This document shows, piece by piece, positions 57,595 through 64,000 of a stretch of DNA of 64,000 nucleotides. Under the pieces are notes generated by a model. It was not told the DNA's origin. It made no database searches and worked only from the letters and a program-made list of their open reading frames with translations. This DNA comes from Bacteroidales bacterium (GTDB lineage: Bacteria > Bacteroidota > Bacteroidia > Bacteroidales > B18-G4): assembly GCA_032250805.1 (NCBI GenBank), contig JAVVEM010000005.1, forward strand, positions 32,659-96,658. The letters run 5' to 3'. The translations under genes and the position numbers were made by a program. Position 1 is the stretch's first letter, and every line of letters starts with the position of its first letter.

Positions 57595-59370
57595 ATGAAA
57601 AAAACCTCGGTCTGGCGGCGGTTACTGATCTGGCGCATAAAAAATATGAGCCAGCGCAACTTCATCATGATCATCAGTGTGATCATCGGTGTACTGGCAG
57701 GGCTTGGCGCTGTTTTGATAAAAAATGGTGTTCACCTCATCAAGACTTTGCTTACCAGTAATCTGGCCGAAAATTATCAGAATTATCTTTTGTTTGTCCT
57801 GCCTGCCATTGGTACGCTCATTGCTGTGATCTATGTGCGCTTTATCATCCGCCAGCATGTTGGTCACGGCATTCCCAGCGTGCTCTTTGCGATTTCTAAA
57901 TCGCATGGCATGATAAAGCGGCACAATATATTTTCATCTATCATCACTTCGGTATTCACGGTTGGTTTTGGTGGTTCGGTTGGTTTGGAAGGCCCCACCG
58001 TAGCCACCGGTGCCGCCATCGGTTCGAACCTGGGCAAGCTTTTCAGGCTCAATTATAAGCAGATTACCTTGTTGCTTGGCCTTGCCAGTGCAGCTGCCAT
58101 GTCGGCGATCTTTAAATCGCCTATTGCTGCAGTGGTATTTGCCATCGAAGTGATCATGATCGACCTTACCATGGCTTCGGTCATACCACTGCTGATTGCT
58201 TCCGTGACAGGTGTTCTTACATCCTACTTTTTTCTCGGCCAGGCCGTGATGTACCCCTTCGAGATCAATGTTGGTTTCATGATGAAGGACATCCCGTATT
58301 TTATTCTCCTCGGGCTACTGGCGGGATTGGTATCGGTATATTTTACCAAGATGTACATATATACCGAGGCGGGTTTTAAAAGGATAAAAACATGGTATGT
58401 AAAGTGGTTTACCGGTGCAGTGATCCTCGGAATGCTCATCTTTTTGTTTCCATCGCTCTACGGCGAAGGATACGACGCAGTAAACTCGTGCCTGCAGGGC
58501 GATTACAGTCCGCTTTTCAACAATAGTTTGTTTTACGGGTTCAGCGACAATATCATTATGGTGTTCGTCCTGTTCCTGCTTATCCTTTTCTTCAAGGCGA
58601 TTGCCACATCGGTAACCTTCGGTGCCGGGGGCATAGGTGGTATTTTTGCACCCACACTTTTTATGGGTGCCTATACCGGCTTGTTCTTTTCAACATTTTT
58701 AAAATATCTTGGCGTTGACCATCTTAATGCCAGTAATTTTGCCCTGGTGGGGATGGGCGGGCTTATTGCCGGGGTTTTGCATGCTCCCCTTACGGCTGTA
58801 TTCCTTATTGCCGAGATCACTTCGGGCTACCAGCTGTTTGTTCCGCTTATGATCACAGCTACAATCTCTTATGCCACCATCAGGATATTTGTAAAGAATT
58901 CGGTGTATACCCATCAGCTTGCCCGGCGTGGTGAGCTGATCACCCATCATAAGGATAAAGCCATCCTTAGCATGATGAAAGTTGATAAACTGATTGAGAA
59001 TGATTTTAAAACCGTAAGGCCCGACGAAATGCTTGGCGATCTGGTTAAGGTCATTGCCAAATCCAAACGCAATATATTTCCAGTAGTCGACGATGAGAAT
59101 AACTTTTATGGCATCATTGTGCTCGACGATATCCGGCATATCATGTTTAAACCCGAGTATTATGAGAATAAAACAGTAAGCAGCCTCATGTTTATGCCTG
59201 CTACCTATGTCGATCCCGATGAGTCGATGGAAGCGGTGGCAAAAAAATTCCAGGAGTCACGAAACTACAACCTTCCGGTACTGAAAGGCGACAAGTACCT
59301 CGGGTTCATTTCACGGGCAAATGTATTTTCCGAATACCGAAAACTGCTCAGGGATTTCAGTGATGAGTAG
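57595..59370 (+). CDS. ClC family voltage-gated chloride channel/transporter with C-terminal CBS pair
   Basis: GHGIP, GLEGP and GIFAP selectivity-filter-like motifs, plus two CBS-like segments at the C-terminus. Confidence 0.9.
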   Translation: MKKTSVWRRLLIWRIKNMSQRNFIMIISVIIGVLAGLGAVLIKNGVHLIKTLLTSNLAENYQNYLLFVLPAIGTLIAVIYVRFIIRQHVGHGIPSVLFAISKSHGMIKRHNIFSSIITSVFTVGFGGSVGLEGPTVATGAAIGSNLGKLFRLNYKQITLLLGLASAAAMSAIFKSPIAAVVFAIEVIMIDLTMASVIPLLIASVTGVLTSYFFLGQAVMYPFEINVGFMMKDIPYFILLGLLAGLVSVYFTKMYIYTEAGFKRIKTWYVKWFTGAVILGMLIFLFPSLYGEGYDAVNSCLQGDYSPLFNNSLFYGFSDNIIMVFVLFLLILFFKAIATSVTFGAGGIGGIFAPTLFMGAYTGLFFSTFLKYLGVDHLNASNFALVGMGGLIAGVLHAPLTAVFLIAEITSGYQLFVPLMITATISYATIRIFVKNSVYTHQLARRGELITHHKDKAILSMMKVDKLIENDFKTVRPDEMLGDLVKVIAKSKRNIFPVVDDENNFYGIIVLDDIRHIMFKPEYYENKTVSSLMFMPATYVDPDESMEAVAKKFQESRNYNLPVLKGDKYLGFISRANVFSEYRKLLRDFSDE

Positions 59371-59376
59371 GCATTC

Positions 59377-60324
59377 TTAAAAGAGCGAGAAGCGGACGTA
59401 ACGTTTGGGGTTTACACGGATATCCTCAAGCAGAAGGTGAAGCTGTTCAGATGTTTCCTGTAGGTCTTTATACAACTCATCATCATTCACCAGCAGGCCA
59501 AGGCTTCCTTCACCACTGTTGATCCGGTCAACAATCCCTGCAACATCTTCAGCTACACGGTTAATATTATCAAAGGTTTGGGGTATCCTGGCCCTGGCGA
59601 GAGAATCAGAAAGCGTTGAGAAATTTGCCAGGATATTATTGATATTTTCCTCATTTTCATCTAAGTTCGTTGTGATGGACTCGAGGTTGACCATGATCTG
59701 GGCCAGCCTGGTTTTCTGTCCAGCCACAAGTGTGTCGAGGTTATATGAGGCATTTTCGAGGTTTTCGAAGGTTTGCTGAATGCTGGCTAGGCTGTTGGTA
59801 AGGTTTTCTTTGGCTTTTTCGTTGAAGATCTCCTTGATCACTGTAACCACCGAATCAATAGAGAGGATCAACTCCTCGGCTTTTAATTTCAGCGGTTGTA
59901 TTTGCTGGTTCACGGCCTCTTTCAGGCTTGCTTCCACCTCGGTCAACAAGGTATCGCCGCTTTCCACAATGAGTGAATCATCACCCAAAATAAGGTTGAT
60001 CGCTTTCGACCCCATGAGGTCGGAGCTGTATATCCGTGCAATTGAATTTTTTGGAATGGGGATCCCGGTTTCAATGGTGATCTCAACAATAATGTTTCCG
60101 GAGTAAGTTGGTTCAAAGTAAATATCGGAAACCTGTCCCACCTTCAGCCCGTTAACGGATACCGGATTCGATCTGGACAAACCGCTAACACCTTCGTAAA
60201 CAGCATAAAATACACGTTGATCCTTAAAAAGGTTAAACCCCTTAAGAAAGTTAAAGCCCCATATGAACAAGCCCAGGGCAGCAATAAATACGATGCCGAT
60301 AATGATTTCCTTTTTAATCTTCAA
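59377..60324 (-). CDS. MlaD/MCE domain protein
   Basis: N-terminal TM followed by an MCE domain pattern (SGLSRSNPVSVNGLKVGQVSDIY) and a long helical C-terminal region. Confidence 0.8.
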   Translation of the reverse strand: MKIKKEIIIGIVFIAALGLFIWGFNFLKGFNLFKDQRVFYAVYEGVSGLSRSNPVSVNGLKVGQVSDIYFEPTYSGNIIVEITIETGIPIPKNSIARIYSSDLMGSKAINLILGDDSLIVESGDTLLTEVEASLKEAVNQQIQPLKLKAEELILSIDSVVTVIKEIFNEKAKENLTNSLASIQQTFENLENASYNLDTLVAGQKTRLAQIMVNLESITTNLDENEENINNILANFSTLSDSLARARIPQTFDNINRVAEDVAGIVDRINSGEGSLGLLVNDDELYKDLQETSEQLHLLLEDIRVNPKRYVRFSLF

Positions 60325-60429
60325 AATGCATGTATTTTATACAAAGGTAACTCTTTTTACATTGAAATATTCTCAAGGGTTACATAATTTATACGGTTTT
60401 CACCCAGTAAAATAACTTTTAATCAGCGA

Positions 60430-61515
60430 TCAGTCGGGTTTTAACTCCCTGGCTGTGTCGAGGTTTATCCGTTCTTCATCCCTGAAGGCCACAATAAAAG
60501 CATCGCGGTATTTTCTGTTCAGGCGAAGCTTGTTTTGTATTTGCACTGCAGCTCCATAAGTGGTTTCATCTCCCGAAGTATACTTAAACATCCCATTATG
60601 TTTGTAAACCCTCACCTGCTCAACATCTTTGAATTTATCCAGAGGTTTTTCCCTTGATGATGAGGCAAATTGCACCCTGAAGCGGATATTTTCCGTTCCG
60701 GCCTTAGCCTGCGTGACCTGGCTTGCCATTTTTGCCCTGTTTGCCGGATCTTCGAAGCGGAGCTTATATTCCTTAAATGCCCGGTAAATTGCTGAAGCAA
60801 TATATACTTGTCCCTCTTCCGAACGTAAGAATCGCTCATCGTTGGGATTGGAGAGAAATCCGGTTTCGATAAGAATACCGGGCATTGCTGTTTTATAGAG
60901 CACCCAAAAACCTGCCTGCCAAACCCCGCGGTCTTTCAGCCTTACACGTTCCCTGAACTGATCCTGCACGAGCGAAGCCAGACTCAGGCTGTTTTCGAGG
61001 TAGGCATTCTGAAAAAGTGTAAGTGTAATATAATCTTCGTCGCGATTAGGGTCGAAACCATCGTACATATCGGAATAATCCTCCTCCTTCAGCAGAACGG
61101 CATTTTCAAGCTTCGCCACTTCGAGGTTTGCCTGGCTCTTATGCAGGCCCATTACGTATGTCTCAGTTCCATATGGCCTTGAAGAGTTATTGGCATTGCA
61201 ATGGATAGAAATAAACATATCTGCCTCGCTTTGGTTGGCGATCTGTGCCCGCCGGTGCAACTCCACGAAAACATCGGTCGTGCGGGTGTAGATCACTTCC
61301 ACGTCAGGGAGGTTTTTTTCAATGTAATTACCTGTTTTAAGCGCAATGGCAAGGGCTATATCCTTTTCTTTCGTGTACCTGCCCACAGCTCCGGGATCTT
61401 TTCCCCCATGGCCGGCATCAATAACAACCTTGCGAAGCTTTTGCTGAGAAACGCCCTCCTGAGGCAGAAACAGCAGGGCACAGAATATACCAAAAAATAA
61501 AGCTATACGTTTCAC
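60430..61515 (-). CDS. N-acetylmuramoyl-L-alanine amidase (Amidase_3) with a C-terminal SPOR-like domain
   Basis: VVIDAGHGGKDPGA, FISIHCNA, and a C-terminal RFRVQFASS... SPOR-like repeat. Confidence 0.9.
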   Translation of the reverse strand: MKRIALFFGIFCALLFLPQEGVSQQKLRKVVIDAGHGGKDPGAVGRYTKEKDIALAIALKTGNYIEKNLPDVEVIYTRTTDVFVELHRRAQIANQSEADMFISIHCNANNSSRPYGTETYVMGLHKSQANLEVAKLENAVLLKEEDYSDMYDGFDPNRDEDYITLTLFQNAYLENSLSLASLVQDQFRERVRLKDRGVWQAGFWVLYKTAMPGILIETGFLSNPNDERFLRSEEGQVYIASAIYRAFKEYKLRFEDPANRAKMASQVTQAKAGTENIRFRVQFASSSREKPLDKFKDVEQVRVYKHNGMFKYTSGDETTYGAAVQIQNKLRLNRKYRDAFIVAFRDEERINLDTARELKPD

Positions 61516-61678
61516 CTAAGGAATAATTTAGTTAGTTTTACACCAGAAAAACCTGCAGTTTACAGGCTGTCGGGTGATAAGCTTACAATGCTGTAAATAC
61601 AAAAGTAATACTTAATTCATAGTCAACAAAGCCGAATTGTCTACCAATTTATTAACAGCATACCGCCCGATATATTGC

Positions 61679-64000
61679 ATGCTCATCCTGAGCTTGCTGT
61701 TATTTGCATGCAAAACAACGGAAACCACCGAGTCCTCGGGGCAAGCACTGGAAGAGGCACCTGCAAACGAACGTATCGAAGGATTGGATGCTGATTCGCT
61801 GAGCAGAATTAAGCCGGTCGTTCTTCCCGACAGCAGCCTTATTGCCGACACCATCACAGGGCTGACCCCGGCCGACAGCCTGAAGGAAATACCTGCCGGG
61901 CCACAGCAGAAAATCTCTCCGAATGCCCTTAAATACCGGGTTGATTTTAGTTCTGCCGACTCCCTTCATTTCGATATGCGCGACCAAAAAGTGTTTATGT
62001 ACAAGGAAGCCAAAATCGACTACGACGATATCAATCTCAAGGCTAATTATGTTGAGATGGATTTCAATAAAACTGAAGTCTTTGCCTCAGGATTGCCTGA
62101 TTCAACAGGAAAGGAAGTGGGGCAGCCGATCTTCACCCAGGGCGATTCTGAATTCCGCTCGCGGACCATGCGTTATAATTATGAAACCAAAAAGGGCCTG
62201 ATTAAAAGCGTGATGACCCAGGATGGCGAGGGAACCATCCGTGGCGATGTGGTTAAGAAAATGCCCAATAACGAGACCAATATACGTTCAGGCTCATATT
62301 CTACATGTCCTACATGCGAAAACAGGGATTATGAATTCAGGTATTTCAAATCAAAGGTAATTCCCGACAAACGTATTGTTACCGGTCCGGCCTATCTTGT
62401 GATCGAAGATGTGCCTACTCCGCTTTTTCTGCCATTTGGTTTCTTCCCTATACGGAAAGGCCAGCATTCAGGTATCCTCCTGCCAACCTGGGGAGAATCC
62501 AACAACCGGGGCTTTTACTTTGAGAATGGAGGCTATTACTGGGCGATCAACGATTATATTGATTTCAAGCTTGTGGGCGATATCTATACCCGAGGCAGCT
62601 GGGCAATCAAACCATCTACACGCTACAAGAAAAGATATAAATACAGTGGTAACTTTGATTTTACCTATGCCATAAACATTACCGGCGAATCAGGCCAGCC
62701 CGACTATAAGCGCGACAGGGATTATCAAATACGATGGAGGCACCAGCAGGATCCCAAAGCCCGCCCAAACAGCACCTTTACAGCCAATGTAAATATCAGA
62801 AGCCGTAAATCAAACTTTTATAATCCTACTACAGCACAGGATTATCTCTCCAATACTTTCCAATCGAGTATTGCCTATCAAACCAGCATCGCCGGGAAAT
62901 ACCATTTTACCCTTAATGCCAGCCATAGCCAGAACACACAAACAAAGCTGATGACACTTACTTTGCCTGAGCTTTCGTTTAACATGAACCGTTTTTATCC
63001 TTTCCGCAAAAAGAACCGAAGCGGAAAAATGCGCTGGTGGGAGGATATCAGTGTGAACTATACGGCGAATTTTAAAAATACCGTCACGATCGAAGATTCA
63101 CTGCTTTTTCAGCCCGAAACCTGGGATAAACTGGAGAATGGCATCAGGCACAGCGTCCCCATCAGCAGCTCTGTAAAGCTTTTAAAATATTTTACCTGGA
63201 CCAACTCTGTGAATGTTAACGACAGGATGTACTTCAAGACCATTGAAAAGAACTGGGTTGACGATACCCTGTTCACGGAGAATGACACCATCGTGGGCTA
63301 TGTAAAGAAAGATACCATATCAGGCTTTAAAAATGCCATTGACGGAAGCTTCTCTTCTTCCCTGACCACCAAGATCTACGGCATGTTCCAGTTTGGCAAA
63401 AACTTCCCGCTCAGGGCCATCAGGCATGTGATCACACCCAAAGTATCGTTCACCTATACGCCCGACTTTGGTACCGAAGCGTGGGGATATTACAAGTCGT
63501 ATTACGATCCGAAGCTCGAAAAGGATGTGGAATATTCAATATTTGAGGGAGGCATTTATGGCGGTCCGCCCAAAGACCGCTCAGGAAGGATTAACTTTTC
63601 TTTGAGCAATAACCTTGAGATCAAGGTCAGGAGCAGGAAAGATACCGTTACCGGCACAAAGAAGATCAAACTGATCGACAATTTCACAATACAAACATCC
63701 TATGATCTGGCAAAGGATTCGCTTAACTGGTCGGATCTTAAGCTTAGTGGCCGCACAACCATTTTCCAGGGCTTCGACATCCGCTACTCGAGCAGTTGGG
63801 ACCCCTATATCCTCGACTCCACAGGCTCGTTTAACCTCAACCAATATGAATGGAACGTTAACCGCAGGCTGCTCAGGCTCGATCAGACAAGCTGGGATTT
63901 CAGCGCTAACCTTCGGCTTAATCCCGATTTTTTTAAAAAGAAAGGAGAGAAAGGCGAAGGTCAGAAAACAAGGCAGGAAGAACTGGAAGAGATCGCTGCC
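61679..64000 (+). CDS. LptD-like (OstA family) outer-membrane LPS-assembly protein, 3' end beyond the window
   Basis: ATG at 61679 (MLILSLLLFACKTTE), with the frame open for 774 codons to the window edge. Because it has no stop codon it is missing from the ORF track. OstA-like N-terminal pattern (VFMYKEAKIDYDDINLKANYVEMDF) and a long beta-barrel-like region. Confidence 0.8.
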   Translation, partial: MLILSLLLFACKTTETTESSGQALEEAPANERIEGLDADSLSRIKPVVLPDSSLIADTITGLTPADSLKEIPAGPQQKISPNALKYRVDFSSADSLHFDMRDQKVFMYKEAKIDYDDINLKANYVEMDFNKTEVFASGLPDSTGKEVGQPIFTQGDSEFRSRTMRYNYETKKGLIKSVMTQDGEGTIRGDVVKKMPNNETNIRSGSYSTCPTCENRDYEFRYFKSKVIPDKRIVTGPAYLVIEDVPTPLFLPFGFFPIRKGQHSGILLPTWGESNNRGFYFENGGYYWAINDYIDFKLVGDIYTRGSWAIKPSTRYKKRYKYSGNFDFTYAINITGESGQPDYKRDRDYQIRWRHQQDPKARPNSTFTANVNIRSRKSNFYNPTTAQDYLSNTFQSSIAYQTSIAGKYHFTLNASHSQNTQTKLMTLTLPELSFNMNRFYPFRKKNRSGKMRWWEDISVNYTANFKNTVTIEDSLLFQPETWDKLENGIRHSVPISSSVKLLKYFTWTNSVNVNDRMYFKTIEKNWVDDTLFTENDTIVGYVKKDTISGFKNAIDGSFSSSLTTKIYGMFQFGKNFPLRAIRHVITPKVSFTYTPDFGTEAWGYYKSYYDPKLEKDVEYSIFEGGIYGGPPKDRSGRINFSLSNNLEIKVRSRKDTVTGTKKIKLIDNFTIQTSYDLAKDSLNWSDLKLSGRTTIFQGFDIRYSSSWDPYILDSTGSFNLNQYEWNVNRRLLRLDQTSWDFSANLRLNPDFFKKKGEKGEGQKTRQEELEEIAA

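Overview
The window looks like a Bacteroidota chromosomal segment. Support: a SusC/SusD pair, two proteins with T9SS C-terminal sorting domains, TAnnTTTG-type -7 boxes, and lipoprotein signals ending in Cys followed by acidic residues. I found no rRNA, tRNA, CRISPR array, transposase or integrase.

There are three blocks.

(1) 1-5.1 kb: the 3' part of katG, a repeat-rich 780-bp intergenic region, an outer-membrane beta-barrel, a signal-less trypsin-like protease and an SDR.

(2) 5.1-28.9 kb, minus strand: a beta-glucan (probably beta-1,3-glucan/laminarin-type) polysaccharide utilisation locus. It carries a Y_Y_Y/LuxR regulator, a PKD-domain surface lipoprotein, GH16, SusC, SusD, GH3, an MFS sugar porter, a GH158-like clan GH-A enzyme, a cytoplasmic GH94-like phosphorylase and two T9SS cargo proteins.

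(3) 37.5-50.7 kb: the most unusual region. A Crp/Fnr regulator is followed by eleven co-directional genes:
- a multihaem lipoprotein cytochrome
- a small Cx4CH lipoprotein
- a DUF5777-like beta-barrel
- a monohaem cytochrome c
- a heptahaem membrane cytochrome
- a cytochrome b
- NrfC-like and NrfD-like subunits
- an unknown anchored protein
- a dedicated ResB/CcsA haem-lyase pair

A partially decayed paralogous mini-module (cytochrome-like pseudogene, OB-fold protein, second barrel) converges on this cluster. I interpret it as a candidate uncharacterised electron-transfer or respiratory system, either a porin-cytochrome-like conduit or a novel Nrf-like periplasmic reductase.

The rest is housekeeping: an OstA-like protein, fldA, hsp20, a glutamine synthetase family protein, meaB, zupT, panC, panD, rfaE2-like, radA, xth, ClC, MlaD, an amidase and a partial LptD-like gene.

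All functional calls come from reading motifs in the supplied translations. No database search was run.
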